A stretch of 64,000 nt of DNA from Candidatus Magasanikiibacteriota bacterium (GTDB lineage: Bacteria; Patescibacteriota; Patescibacteriia; Magasanikbacterales; GWA2-37-8). Position 1 is the stretch's first letter. Every line of letters begins with the position of its first letter. Positions 1-10,170 of this stretch are shown here, in pieces. The notes below the pieces were generated by a model. The model saw only the letters and a program-made list of their open reading frames with translations. It was not told where the DNA came from and ran no database searches. The stretch lies in NCBI GenBank assembly GCA_963840935.1, contig CAWJAS010000001.1:320875-384874 (forward strand). Reading direction: 5' to 3'. The position numbers and the translations under genes were made by a program.

Positions 1-206
1 TTGTGTCTAAAGAAGTTAAAATCATCGACCCTCCTTTGGACACTATAATTACAAAAGTTATTCCGGCTTTGACCGAGGAGCAGATTAAAGCCATGGAGGA
101 AGAAGGAAAGGCCGTTGAAGATGTGTCAAAAATAGAATCTTCGGCGCCGAAGAAAGCGGAAGAAGGTGAAGGAGGAGAAGAACCTGTAAAAAAAGAAGAA
201 AAATAA
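1..206 (+). CDS. rplY: C-terminal fragment, probably 50S ribosomal protein L25/Ctc
   Basis: Truncated by the window edge; beta-domain end (VKIIDPPLDTIITKV) followed by an acidic E/K tail typical of long L25/Ctc. Confidence 0.6.
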   Translation, partial: VSKEVKIIDPPLDTIITKVIPALTEEQIKAMEEEGKAVEDVSKIESSAPKKAEEGEGGEEPVKKEEK

Positions 207-213
207 ATATCAA

Positions 214-246
214 TAAATCCCGTCAGTCGCTACTGACGGGATTTTA
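214..246 (+). terminator. Intrinsic terminator
   Basis: aaatcccgtcagt-cgct-actgacgggatttt hairpin with T tract. Confidence 0.85.
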
Positions 247-261
247 TGTTAAAATAGCTTT

Positions 262-1320
262 ATGAATATTACTAAAGATAAGCTATTGATTGGTATAAGC
301 GCTGGCGCCATGTTTTTGGCTCTATTATTTTTGGCCATACTTTTTTATTTCGCTCATATCAATAATATTTCGGTGCAATTTGATGAGGAAAATTTATCCG
401 GCGTTCAGAAACAGCCGGAGTTCATATATTTTAGCCGTTTAACAGGCATTGGCGTAATAAATAAAGAAGAAGAGACCCCCAGAATCACGGCAGTAATGAT
501 AAATAATAATCCCGAGGGATATCCGATAATCGGAATAAATGAAGCCTCGGTTGTATATGAGGTTCCGGTGGAAGGAAATATTACTCGTTTTATGGCGATA
601 TTTTCGGAAAATTCTTTGGTCGAAAAAGTTGGCCCGGTCAGAAGTGCTCGCCCCTATTATTTGGATTGGCTCCAAGAATACGGCGACGCCATGTATATGC
701 ATTGTGGCGGTTCTCAAGAAAGTTTGACATTAATTAAAAAAAGAAAAATTTTTGATGCCGATGAATTCTCGCGCACAAAATATTTTTGGCGCGACAAAAC
801 TCGTTTGGCGCCTCATAATTTGTATACAAGCGCGGAAAATTGGAAAAATTATTTTGAGGATTATGGAGTAAACAGAGAGTCCAAAGATTGGACGGGATGG
901 AAATTCGGAGATTTGTCAGCCACAAACACGGAAAATATCGATTTTGTGTCTATTGGATATGGAAAATATTTTAATATCGGTTGGCGCTTTGACGAAGACA
1001 AAGATAATTACGTTAGGCAAATTAATGAGGAAATTTTTTTGGATCAAAATAACCAGACGGTTACAACCACAAATTTAATAATCCAATTCGCGTCAATTAG
1101 AATTGTTGATGAATTGGGGCGGAGGGAAATTGAAACAATCGGCCAGGGAGAAGCCAGAGTGTTTCGAAATGGAATGATGGTTAGGGGAAAATGGAAAAAA
1201 GAAACGCTTGATTCGCGTACCTTATTTTTTGACGAGGAAGATAACGAAATCAAGCTCGCGTCCGGCAAAACATGGCTCATGATTGTGCCATTAAAAACAA
1301 ATATCACTGTTTCAAATTAG
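262..1320 (+). CDS. DUF3048 (YerB-like) membrane-anchored protein
   Basis: N-terminal TM; motifs AVMINN, VYEVPVEGNITRF, GPVRSARPY, HCGGS, RLAPHNLY. Confidence 0.85.
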   Translation: MNITKDKLLIGISAGAMFLALLFLAILFYFAHINNISVQFDEENLSGVQKQPEFIYFSRLTGIGVINKEEETPRITAVMINNNPEGYPIIGINEASVVYEVPVEGNITRFMAIFSENSLVEKVGPVRSARPYYLDWLQEYGDAMYMHCGGSQESLTLIKKRKIFDADEFSRTKYFWRDKTRLAPHNLYTSAENWKNYFEDYGVNRESKDWTGWKFGDLSATNTENIDFVSIGYGKYFNIGWRFDEDKDNYVRQINEEIFLDQNNQTVTTTNLIIQFASIRIVDELGRREIETIGQGEARVFRNGMMVRGKWKKETLDSRTLFFDEEDNEIKLASGKTWLMIVPLKTNITVSN

Positions 1321-2182
1321 GCCACGCCTCGATTGCGACCAGTCGGTCGTGTCCGGCCAGGTCTTTTTTTATTTCAATTTTTGCTTTAGAAAAATATTTG
1401 CCAGCCAACAATACAGCGTCTTTTGATTGGCGCGGGTCGATTTCAATTAAAATATTAATTGGGTAATTAACATGAGATAAAAAAGAGGATATTTGTTCGA
1501 ATAATTTGTCGTATAAAAATAAGCCATTTGAGTTGTCGGATACCAAAGCAATTTTGGGTTCATGCTGAATTGATTTTTCCGAAGCGAACTGCTTTGCCGT
1601 CAGATAGGGGAGATTGGCGGTAATTAACATGTTTGAACAATCGGCGATAAGAGTCGGGTTATCTAAAATCGGCAAAAACAAATCGCCATGCAAAAAGTCA
1701 ATTTTTAAATTATGTTTTTTGGAATTTTTTTTGGCTATTCGCAAAGCTCGGCGTGATTTATCAATGGCAATGGCGCGCAGATTCGCGTGATTTGATTTTT
1801 TTAAAATAGAAATTGGTATACAACCCGTGCCGGTGCCGATATCAATCAAAAATATTTTTTTATCACGCAAATTCTTCATTATTTGGATTGACGTTTCAAC
1901 CATAGTTTCAGTTTCCGGGCGGGGGATAAGCGTGTGTTTATTAACAAAAAAAGTAAGTCCGTAAAATTCATTATTACCAAAAATATAGGCAAGCGGAATA
2001 TTTTTTTTGAGCTTATTCAAAGCCTGATTGATTTTTATTCTTTCAATAATATTATATTTTTTTTCAGGATGAGCCAGCACATAAGCTAAGTCGCGATTAA
2101 TAATATTCGCGGTAATTATTTGCGCCGTTTTATATTGGTTTTCGCTAATTTTATTTGATTCAAATATTTTTTTCAAAAACAT
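1304..2182 (-). CDS. prmC: Release factor glutamine methyltransferase PrmC/HemK
   Basis: PLAYIFG..EFYG, TLIPRPETE, DIGTGTGCI, ANLPY motifs; near prfA; start taken at ATG 2182. Confidence 0.95.
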   Translation of the reverse strand: MFLKKIFESNKISENQYKTAQIITANIINRDLAYVLAHPEKKYNIIERIKINQALNKLKKNIPLAYIFGNNEFYGLTFFVNKHTLIPRPETETMVETSIQIMKNLRDKKIFLIDIGTGTGCIPISILKKSNHANLRAIAIDKSRRALRIAKKNSKKHNLKIDFLHGDLFLPILDNPTLIADCSNMLITANLPYLTAKQFASEKSIQHEPKIALVSDNSNGLFLYDKLFEQISSFLSHVNYPINILIEIDPRQSKDAVLLAGKYFSKAKIEIKKDLAGHDRLVAIEAWPNLKQ

Positions 2183-3653
2183 AAAAATAATAAACACCAA
2201 ATATGTCGGCCTTAATCGGCCCCTCAATCATTACCCAGTTATTACTAATTAAAGTATTTTTTAGTTTATTCATATAATCATATTCGCCTTCAAGTAAGAT
2301 AATATTTTTATAATTGTCTAACTCGTTGTCTTTGTACCAATCATTTTTTTCTTCATCGCTAAGCTGAATAAACAAATAATTTTTTTTAACCACCATATCA
2401 TCCCATTCCATGCCTTTATACAAAACAAGAGGTATGGCGGGTATTTCCAGATTACCTAAATATCTGTCGATTTGAAATTTTAAAATGTAGTTGTTATAAA
2501 TGAATACATTATAATTTTTTTCTCCCGTCGAATGATTGGTAATATGTTGCTTGGCTGATTCCCAACTGGTTAAAGGCAGGGTGTTAAATAAATTTATAAT
2601 TCCCGACAAACAAATTAAAAAAATAATAATAAATGAAATAATTTTTTGCCTAAATAAATTATTCAGCGCGACGGCAAAAATTAACGTAAACAACGGCAAA
2701 ATAGAAATAAAGAATTTTATATGCCAAACGCCGAACATTAAAGAAAAGAATATCGGCCAAAAAAATAAAACAATTAATATCCCGAATCGGCGTTTTTCTT
2801 CTTCTTCGCTGTTTTGCTTATTCGCAAAATAATAAATGATGGCGACAAAAAATAATATAAGAAATATTGTACCAAACCAAATATTAATTTGTCCGGCGAC
2901 CAAATTAAATAACGGGTTAACGGCCGAGTTGAATGAATGTTTGATATTTAAAAACCACGAGTTTGCCAGGTTGTTGTTAAATTTTATTAATATGGCTGAA
3001 ATAATCCAAGCACCCCCCAAAAGCAAGGGAATTAAATTATCTCGACCCCATTGTTTAACGGCCTTTAATCCCTTTGTTACAAATAGTATTATTATTTGTC
3101 CGGCTATAAAAAATATCGCGCTTAAATGTGAAATTAATAAAAAGAAAGTTATTATTTTTTGGCCCAATATGTTTTTTTTATTTTTTTCGCCGTTGATGTA
3201 TATTTTGAAAAAATAAAAAGATGAACAAACAACAAGAAAAATCATAAATATATATACTCGGGCGGTAGCCGACCAAAATATGTGGTAAGGGTGAAGGGCC
3301 AAATAAAAAGCCGATAGAATTGCGATGTATTTGCCAAATAAATCTTTACCAAATAAATATAACATGGCCACGGTGGCGGTCCCCATAATTACTCCGGGCA
3401 AACGGGCAAAAAATTCAGTTGCCGGAACAATAAAAAACCAAAGCTTTAATATTAATAAATGAAGCGGGGGATTGGTTTCCCAAAGCCAATATAATAATCC
3501 TTCCGGCCAAGGTTTTTGACTGTAAATAAAATTAAACATTTCATCGTCCCAAAAATCGCCATATTTGGCAAGCGCCAAAATTCGTAAAAAAAGGGCCAAA
3601 AAAATTATCCCGGCAATTAGCCAATTATTTTTTAAATATTTTATGAGAAACAT
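2160..3653 (-). CDS. GT-C membrane glycosyltransferase (GT39/PMT/ArnT-like)
   Basis: Many TM helices; DFWDDE, ETNPPLH, ARLPGV, ARVY motifs. Confidence 0.8.
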   Translation of the reverse strand: MFLIKYLKNNWLIAGIIFLALFLRILALAKYGDFWDDEMFNFIYSQKPWPEGLLYWLWETNPPLHLLILKLWFFIVPATEFFARLPGVIMGTATVAMLYLFGKDLFGKYIAILSAFYLALHPYHIFWSATARVYIFMIFLVVCSSFYFFKIYINGEKNKKNILGQKIITFFLLISHLSAIFFIAGQIIILFVTKGLKAVKQWGRDNLIPLLLGGAWIISAILIKFNNNLANSWFLNIKHSFNSAVNPLFNLVAGQINIWFGTIFLILFFVAIIYYFANKQNSEEEEKRRFGILIVLFFWPIFFSLMFGVWHIKFFISILPLFTLIFAVALNNLFRQKIISFIIIFLICLSGIINLFNTLPLTSWESAKQHITNHSTGEKNYNVFIYNNYILKFQIDRYLGNLEIPAIPLVLYKGMEWDDMVVKKNYLFIQLSDEEKNDWYKDNELDNYKNIILLEGEYDYMNKLKNTLISNNWVMIEGPIKADIFGVYYFYVFEKNI

Positions 3654-3655
3654 GG

Positions 3656-4720
3656 TTATTGATTATTGTCTTCGGCTTGGCGAAGGGCGGAAATAATCGG
3701 TTCCAAATCACCTTCCATTATTTGTTTTATGTTGTTGAAGTTTTGATTGATGCGATGGTCGGTGATTCGATCTTGAGGAAAATTGTATGTTCTTATTTTT
3801 TCGCTTCTATCGCCACTGCCGATTTGCGTTTTTCTTTTTTCCGACATTTCTTTTTCTTTTTTTTCTCTTTCCATTTCAAATAATCTGGCACGCAATACAT
3901 TCATCGCTTTTTCTTTGTTAGCCATTTGCGAGCGTTCGTCTTGGCATTGCACCACTAGTCCGGATGGCACATGCACGATGCGAATGGCGGAGTAGGTGGT
4001 GTTAACACTTTGCCCGCCGTGGCCACCGGCACAAAAAGTATCGATTCTCAAATCCTTCGCGTCAATTTTCATTTCTTTCTCTTCAATTTCCGGTAATACG
4101 GCCACTGTAATGGTTGAAGTATGCACGCGACCGGATTTTTCCGTTTCCGGCACTCTTTGCACGCGGTGAACTCCCATTTCATATTTTAAATCTTTATAAA
4201 CACCGCCGGATGAAGCGCCCCCTTTAATGGAGAAGATTATTTCTTTAAAACCGCCTATTCCGATTGAACTTGAATCGATAATTGATGTTTTCCAATTATT
4301 TTTTTCCGCGTATTTTGTGTAGAGCCTAAAAAGTTCTGCCGCAAAAAGCGCCGACTCATCGCCTCCGGCCGCCGCTCTTATTTCAACGATAACATTTTTT
4401 TTGTCCATCGGGTCGCGAGGTTTGGTGATTTCTTTTAATTCATTTTCGATTTGAATAATTTTTTCCTCCAGTTCACAAATTTCCATCTTGGCCATTTGAC
4501 GCAAATCTTCGTCAGTTTCAGATTCGATAATTTTTTTGTCATCAACAATTTTATTTTCAATTTTTTCAAGTTCGATAATTTTTTCGGCAACAAGTTTTAT
4601 GTCCGAATACTCTTGGGAAATTTCTTTTAATTTTTCGGGGTCGCCAGAAATTTTCGGGTCGGCTAAATTATTTTCCAATTGGAGATATTTATTTTTTATT
4701 TCCAAGTATTTATTTTGCAT
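3656..4720 (-). CDS. prfA: Peptide chain release factor 1
   Basis: GGQ motif (GGHGGQSVN), PET specificity tripeptide (VQRVPETE), [12 protein letters not shown]. Confidence 0.98.
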   Translation of the reverse strand: MQNKYLEIKNKYLQLENNLADPKISGDPEKLKEISQEYSDIKLVAEKIIELEKIENKIVDDKKIIESETDEDLRQMAKMEICELEEKIIQIENELKEITKPRDPMDKKNVIVEIRAAAGGDESALFAAELFRLYTKYAEKNNWKTSIIDSSSIGIGGFKEIIFSIKGGASSGGVYKDLKYEMGVHRVQRVPETEKSGRVHTSTITVAVLPEIEEKEMKIDAKDLRIDTFCAGGHGGQSVNTTYSAIRIVHVPSGLVVQCQDERSQMANKEKAMNVLRARLFEMEREKKEKEMSEKRKTQIGSGDRSEKIRTYNFPQDRITDHRINQNFNNIKQIMEGDLEPIISALRQAEDNNQ

Positions 4721-4721
4721 A

Positions 4722-6179
4722 TTATTTATTTTTTAATCCGTCTCTGATTAGTTTTTTGGCTTTCCGCGTGGCCACAAATTTGAGCCATTTTTTATGTACG
4801 GTTTTTTTATCTTCGCTTTTAACTTCCACCACGTCGTTTGAACGCAGTTTATAATCAATTTCCACCGGCATGCCGTTAACTATCGCGCATTTATAATGGT
4901 CGCCCAAATCAGCGTGCAGAGCGTAGGCGTAATCAAGCGGGGTGGCGTCTTCCGGCAAATCAATCACATCTCCTTTAGGTGTTAAAACAAATATTCTGTT
5001 ATGAAACAAATCGATTTTTACGGAGTTCATAACATTATCCAGTTCTCTTTTTATCTTTAATTCTTTTTGGATGGAAGCCAGTTCCTTCATCCATGCGGTA
5101 TGTTTTTTAATTGTATTTTTTTTGCAAAATTGCTCTTCTTGATAAAGCCAGTGTGCGGCAATGCCGTGTTCCGCCTCGTTTTCCATTTCTAAAGTTCGGA
5201 TTTGGAATTCAATTACCGCACCATCAGAAAAAACATTAGTATGAAGTGAGCGATAACCGTTTGGTTTTGGCTGGGCGATATAATCTTTAATTCTTCTGGG
5301 CAAAGGCTTGCAGTGCCGGTGAATTAAGCCAAGTAAAGCATAACAGCTCGGCACATCTTCTACTGTTATTCTAACCACAATAAAGTCAAATATTTTTTTA
5401 ATATTACGTTCATAGCAAAGAAGTTTTCGGTACAGAGCATATAAATTTTTTTGTCGGCCCTTAATGCCGATAATTCTTATTTTTAATTTTTTTGCGTCGT
5501 TTTTTACTTCCTCGATAATTTTTTTTATCATTTCCTTATTTTTTTCAATATATTCATCAGCAATATTTTTTACCCAATCATATTCTCTTGGGTCCAAGTA
5601 TTTAAATGAAAGGTCTTCCAGTTCTTGCTTTATTTTTTCCATTCCCAATCTGCCGGCGATCGGAGCGTATATTTCCAAACTCTCTTTTGCCATTCTATCC
5701 TGTTTTTCTTTTGGCAAAAATTCCAATGTTTTTAAATTATCGATTCTGTCGGCAAATTTAATAAATACAATTTGCACGTCTTTGGCCATGGCCAAAAACA
5801 TTCGACGCAGATTTTCGGCGTATTTATCTTCCCCGGAATATTTTAAACTGTCGAGCAAACCTTCACCAACGATTAATTTCAAAATTTTATAACCATATTC
5901 TTTTTTTATTTGTTCTTTGCTTATTTGCGTGTATTCCAAAATGTCATGGAGCATTCCCGCGATTATTATTTCAGGCGTCATTCGCCATTCCGCTAATAGT
6001 TCAGCCACAGCCAAGGAATGTTCGATTTGTAATCTGCCGGAGGCTCTTTTTTGTTCACCAAAAGATGCCTCCGCCAAATTATAGGCTTTTTCAATGTTTA
6101 TTAGGTCTTCTGATTTATAACCGCCATTCTCTATAATCTTCGCTATCAATTGATTAATTTTTGGGTTTTCTTTGCTCAT
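4722..6179 (-). CDS. rel: Truncated RelA/SpoT homolog (HD-SYNTH-TGS, no ZFD/ACT)
   Basis: HD domain (LHDILE), synthetase ([21 protein letters not shown]), TGS ([20 protein letters not shown]). Confidence 0.93.
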   Translation of the reverse strand: MSKENPKINQLIAKIIENGGYKSEDLINIEKAYNLAEASFGEQKRASGRLQIEHSLAVAELLAEWRMTPEIIIAGMLHDILEYTQISKEQIKKEYGYKILKLIVGEGLLDSLKYSGEDKYAENLRRMFLAMAKDVQIVFIKFADRIDNLKTLEFLPKEKQDRMAKESLEIYAPIAGRLGMEKIKQELEDLSFKYLDPREYDWVKNIADEYIEKNKEMIKKIIEEVKNDAKKLKIRIIGIKGRQKNLYALYRKLLCYERNIKKIFDFIVVRITVEDVPSCYALLGLIHRHCKPLPRRIKDYIAQPKPNGYRSLHTNVFSDGAVIEFQIRTLEMENEAEHGIAAHWLYQEEQFCKKNTIKKHTAWMKELASIQKELKIKRELDNVMNSVKIDLFHNRIFVLTPKGDVIDLPEDATPLDYAYALHADLGDHYKCAIVNGMPVEIDYKLRSNDVVEVKSEDKKTVHKKWLKFVATRKAKKLIRDGLKNK

Positions 6180-6186
6180 AATATAT

Positions 6187-6238
6187 AAAAAAGCGCCCCG
6201 TCATCATAACCAGTATATCGGTTATTTTAACGGGGCGC
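6187..6238 (-). terminator. Hairpin terminator of the upstream minus-strand orphan gene
   Basis: gcgccccgt...acggggcgc stem with inner ataacc/ggttat stem, followed by a T run on the minus strand. Confidence 0.65.
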
Positions 6239-6257
6239 AATGGCCTTTACCCTCTGT

Positions 6258-7496
6258 TTATGCTAGCGGAAGTTTCCGGTTTTCTCGGTCAATGCGGTCA
6301 ATGATGTGCTTTTGGCACGCCATGCGCACTTTCTGGTCCTCCCAATCAATCCCGTAGAGACTTTTTGGAAAGAGTTGCGAAAACAAACCTTCTGCTTCCG
6401 TGTACCACCGCAGGTGGTAAAGAGCGTGGTTTTCAGAACAAGAAGAATGCAAGATGTTCACGAGGTCGCGCGCCAGAACGTGCTGTATTTCTCGCACTGT
6501 GCCGTTAAGATACACATTCTGACTTTTCAGCTTGATGTTTTTGCTCGCGTGCTTGTTGGCCATGTGTATTCTTCGTACACGGCAATCGTGGTGAACTTGA
6601 TTTTGCGCGATAAAAGCGGTACCCCTGTCGAGATATCGGTTGCTGAAGTACGCGAAGCGCACTCCGTGTATGTCGGGCACATCCGTCATCATCTCGATTT
6701 GCGGGTCTCTAAATCGCCGGGCAAACGCTTCCATGTGGTCTTTTTTTCGCGCTTGAACAATCGCCTCTATTTTTTGTTTATGAGAATGAAGCCTGGTTCT
6801 GACCACCATCCAGTTTACTTTTTTCGCGAGCACCCGTAGTCCGGCGCGTTCTCGTTTTTTTGGCGGTTTGGTGAAAATCCTGCAGCGCCATCCGTCATTT
6901 TCATCCAGGTAGAAAATAATTTCTTTCTCTTCGACCTGGGCGTCGATTCTTAGCCACCGCATGAAATCCACCAGTTTTTCAAAATCACCGCCATCGTTTT
7001 GGGAATTCACACCCAAACGATTTTGTGTTATGGAAATAAAGAAGTACTGGGCAGCCAGCTCCATCGCTCTGACGAATTCGAATTCATCTCTACCGGCAAG
7101 GCCGCCTCCGGCTCCTCGAAGATGAGATAAAACGCGAAGAGGGTCACAATTATGGTAGTTTTGTGGCATAAGATGTTGATGCCACACTGTCGGGATGTAT
7201 TTTTTTATTCGGCAGGCGATATCGCCTTCCGCCCTCTTCATTTCATCGGCAAAAATGCTGACTGCTTCTCTGCGCAGTTCGTCAGCTCCCTCCGGCATTA
7301 TGGAGGAAATAATGGAAATAAAACTCTCTTTCATGCTCTCCGTTCCGGTTTCACCGGGTTGGAGTTTGTTTGAATCGTCAAAAACGATGTCGGCCGTCTT
7401 AAGCCATTTGTTAATGCTCAAACAAAAATAGTTCTGCTTTAGTTCACGCAACGCCATGGCGCCACGTGAACTCTCGGTCGTCACTTCTTGCGCCAT
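6258..7496 (-). CDS. Hypothetical protein with a C-terminal RelA/SpoT-synthetase-like nucleotidyltransferase domain
   Basis: ARKKD, DVPDIHGVRF, REIQHV, NHALYH occur in RSH-synthetase order; SD AAGGAG upstream of ATG 7496. Confidence 0.55.
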   Translation of the reverse strand: MAQEVTTESSRGAMALRELKQNYFCLSINKWLKTADIVFDDSNKLQPGETGTESMKESFISIISSIMPEGADELRREAVSIFADEMKRAEGDIACRIKKYIPTVWHQHLMPQNYHNCDPLRVLSHLRGAGGGLAGRDEFEFVRAMELAAQYFFISITQNRLGVNSQNDGGDFEKLVDFMRWLRIDAQVEEKEIIFYLDENDGWRCRIFTKPPKKRERAGLRVLAKKVNWMVVRTRLHSHKQKIEAIVQARKKDHMEAFARRFRDPQIEMMTDVPDIHGVRFAYFSNRYLDRGTAFIAQNQVHHDCRVRRIHMANKHASKNIKLKSQNVYLNGTVREIQHVLARDLVNILHSSCSENHALYHLRWYTEAEGLFSQLFPKSLYGIDWEDQKVRMACQKHIIDRIDRENRKLPLA

Positions 7497-7623
7497 GTTT
7501 TTTCTCCTTGTTTTGATTTTCAATGAACATATTGTCAAAGCGGGCATTAAAAGCGCTATTTAATAGCGTCCTTGTTTGCCAGCCAGTATTTTTCACTATT
7601 CTCCATTAGTAGAATAGCATTAT

Positions 7624-7652
7624 TTTATAACACAATCAGGCCAAAATGTCAA
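7624..7652 (-). promoter_or_regulatory. sigma70 promoter for the 6258-7496 gene
   Basis: TTGACA-17-TATAAA on the minus strand. Confidence 0.7.
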
Positions 7653-7702
7653 TGCCCAGGATGTAACAAAAAACCCTGTAAAAACAGGGTTTATTTGGGA
7701 TG

Positions 7703-7984
7703 TTATTCGGCTTTAACCGGTTTTTTGCTTTTTGCCGCCTTTTTTACGGCCTTCTTAGCTTTTTTTGAGACCGCTTTGCCGGTTTGTTTCTTGGCTCTTT
7801 CTTCGAATTTTTCCACTCGGCGAGCAGTATCCACGAATTTTTGTTTTCCGGTGTAAAACGGATGGCATTGGTCGCATAATTCTATACGGATTTCTTTGAG
7901 AGTACTGCCTGTTTTGAAGGTGTTTCCGCAGGCGCAAGTAACCACGCAATCCTCGTTAAACTCAGGATGAATGTCTTTTTTCAT
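7703..7984 (-). CDS. rpmE: 50S ribosomal protein L31 (zinc-binding type)
   Basis: [31 protein letters not shown]. Confidence 0.98.
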   Translation of the reverse strand: MKKDIHPEFNEDCVVTCACGNTFKTGSTLKEIRIELCDQCHPFYTGKQKFVDTARRVEKFEERAKKQTGKAVSKKAKKAVKKAAKSKKPVKAE

Positions 7985-8011
7985 ATTTTTTTGTATTTTT
8001 TTGGCTTAATC

Positions 8012-8040
8012 TTGACTTTTTGGTCAAAATGTGCTATAAT
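8012..8040 (+). promoter_or_regulatory. sigma70 promoter, extended -10
   Basis: TTGACT-17-TATAAT with TG; very similar to the promoter at 10082-10110. Confidence 0.75.
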
Positions 8041-8108
8041 TAACTGTTTAAAAGTGCTATAATCATAGCATAAAAAATAATATTGTCAACCCCCTAAAAT
8101 AAATAAAT

Positions 8109-9341
8109 ATGTTCGGATTATTCGCCAAAAAAAGATCGCCGGAAAATATGGTATTTACACCGCCGGCAAAAGAGTCAAAAAAACCGCCGGTTGACGCTGT
8201 GGCTGATTTTTTGGCTGAATTTGAAACAGGCGAAAAATTGCCGGATAATGAGGTTGGTTTAGAAGCAAATGAATTAAACGAAAGTTATTTTAATGCAAAT
8301 ATTTCTGCTGAATGTATTGGTAAAGAAGAAGAACATCAGAAGTGGCAAGTCGAGGATCGTCTGGTGTCTTTGCAAGAGGGTAGAATTATTGGTGTATTTG
8401 ATGGTCTTGATTCATCAGCGTCAAATGATGGCGCTGGCCATAAAATATATCAAAATCATGGCTATAAAGCGAGTGAGGTGGCTGCTCGTTCATTCACCGA
8501 ATCGTATAAAAATGCAAAAATTGCTAAAACAAAAGAGGAAGCGGAAAAGGCAATGCTTGATGCCATGATTCTTGCGAATTCTCGAGTTCGAGTTGAAAAA
8601 TTATCAAAATCAGAAGATAAAGGCATTGGTACAACTTTTGTCGGTGCCGAAGTTTGGCGAGATAAAAAAACAGGCGAAGCCATGCTTACTGTTGGTAACG
8701 CCGGCGACAGTATAGCTTTTTTGTATAGAGATGGAAAATTAGAAAGAATTAGTACTGAACACTCAATGGTTAATTTTTTAAACAAACAACACGGATTGGC
8801 TATTAATGATCAAAATAATGATACATTCGAAATGACATTACGCGAATATGTGTCAACAAGTAATGTTACGCTAACTGAATCTTTATCACGAGTGTTGTCT
8901 GCGCCGGCTAGAAAAGATGCTGTGACCGGCAAAGTAATCACAATCGGAGAAACAACAGTAGGCAATTTACGAAATTTAACGGTGGGCGGGCTTGGTAATA
9001 GAGATATCAAGGCCGAAGATAAGTTAAGTGATTTAGAAATGAGTATTAAAACAATTGATTTGCGCAAGGGTGATAAAATTCTTATGTGCAGTGACGGTTT
9101 GTCTGATTCCACTAGCGATACTTCGATTGAACAAATAATTAAAGATTACGAATCCATGGGTGCCGATACTGTGCGCCAGGCCTTGATTGAAAAAGGTTTT
9201 GAAGCTCAAACTAATGCAACTAATATGCGAGCTAATAAGAAGGATGATGTTACTGTAGCATGGGTGGAATTTAACGGTTTTGAAGATGTAACAGAAATTG
9301 AACTGGATGAAGATAAATCAAGAGAATTGTCAGTCGCATAA
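8109..9341 (+). CDS. PP2C/PPM-family Ser/Thr phosphatase with acidic N-terminal extension
   Basis: ED, GVFDGL, GTT, NAGDS, STEHS, LMCSDGLSD, DDVTV motifs. Confidence 0.9.
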   Translation: MFGLFAKKRSPENMVFTPPAKESKKPPVDAVADFLAEFETGEKLPDNEVGLEANELNESYFNANISAECIGKEEEHQKWQVEDRLVSLQEGRIIGVFDGLDSSASNDGAGHKIYQNHGYKASEVAARSFTESYKNAKIAKTKEEAEKAMLDAMILANSRVRVEKLSKSEDKGIGTTFVGAEVWRDKKTGEAMLTVGNAGDSIAFLYRDGKLERISTEHSMVNFLNKQHGLAINDQNNDTFEMTLREYVSTSNVTLTESLSRVLSAPARKDAVTGKVITIGETTVGNLRNLTVGGLGNRDIKAEDKLSDLEMSIKTIDLRKGDKILMCSDGLSDSTSDTSIEQIIKDYESMGADTVRQALIEKGFEAQTNATNMRANKKDDVTVAWVEFNGFEDVTEIELDEDKSRELSVA

Positions 9342-9390
9342 AGTGCAAGTGAAGAAGACCTTGAAGAAATTGCGGTTTAATAAATATTTT

Positions 9391-9425
9391 AAAAACTCCT
9401 TGTTCACATAGCAGGGAGTTTTTTT
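9391..9425 (+). terminator. Intrinsic terminator
   Basis: aaaaactcct-tg...cagggagttttttt. Confidence 0.7.
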
Positions 9426-9541
9426 ATTTAAAAAATTACACATTCGGCTTTCTATTGACAAGTTATTCGAATGGTGCTATATTACAACGTTATCATTTTC
9501 CGCTCTTTTTATTCTAAACCCCTCAACCAAGGAGACATCGC

Positions 9542-10006
9542 ATGTCCGAAGGAAATGTAATTATGGTTTCCTTCGGGAAGCCACCCCCTATTTCAAGTGT
9601 TAATAATGCCGGCAACGGTCGCGATGGTGCTTGTAACGCGCAAACTGCCCCTACAAGTATTATCGATAGAATCGCATGCAGAAATGGAGCTTTTTTTCAA
9701 CGCATGCGAATCAGAATGGTGGTGTCGGATAGTGGTGTGGTTGGTATAAAGATTGCCCTGTCTGTCGAAGACCGACAATGGATGGAGGATAATCTGTCTT
9801 TTGTTGAAACATACTTGTCTGGTATAACGACGATCCGCTTGCCGGATTGCGACCGCGAGTGGTCCGCATTGCCGAATAGCCGGCCGATAGTCGCTTTTTG
9901 TGAAGAAGCGACGGATATCGTTCGTTTCTATTTCTATACCGGAGAAGCGGACAAAGGCAAGGAGTCATATTCGGCTCCGCGAGTTCATTTTAATTTCGCG
10001 CAGTAA
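9542..10006 (+). CDS. Orphan hypothetical protein (154 aa)
   Basis: Promoter TTGACA-17-TATATT at ~9455-9483, boxA-like CGCTCTTTTTAT 9501-9512, SD AAGGAG 9529-9534, downstream terminator. Confidence 0.7.
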   Translation: MSEGNVIMVSFGKPPPISSVNNAGNGRDGACNAQTAPTSIIDRIACRNGAFFQRMRIRMVVSDSGVVGIKIALSVEDRQWMEDNLSFVETYLSGITTIRLPDCDREWSALPNSRPIVAFCEEATDIVRFYFYTGEADKGKESYSAPRVHFNFAQ

Positions 10007-10032
10007 GCAACTGCTGTGTGGAATGATTTTCC

Positions 10033-10062
10033 AAAACCGGGCTGAAAAGCTCGGTTTTTTTT
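10033..10062 (+). terminator. Intrinsic terminator
   Basis: aaaaccgggct-gaaa-agctcggtttttttt. Confidence 0.8.
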
Positions 10063-10170
10063 GTTATTCTAAAACATTTGCTTGACTTTTTGCAAAAAGT
10101 GTGCTATAATGTATAGTACGATATTAAGTCGTATAGCATAATATTTATGCTTTAAACTAATAATAAATAT

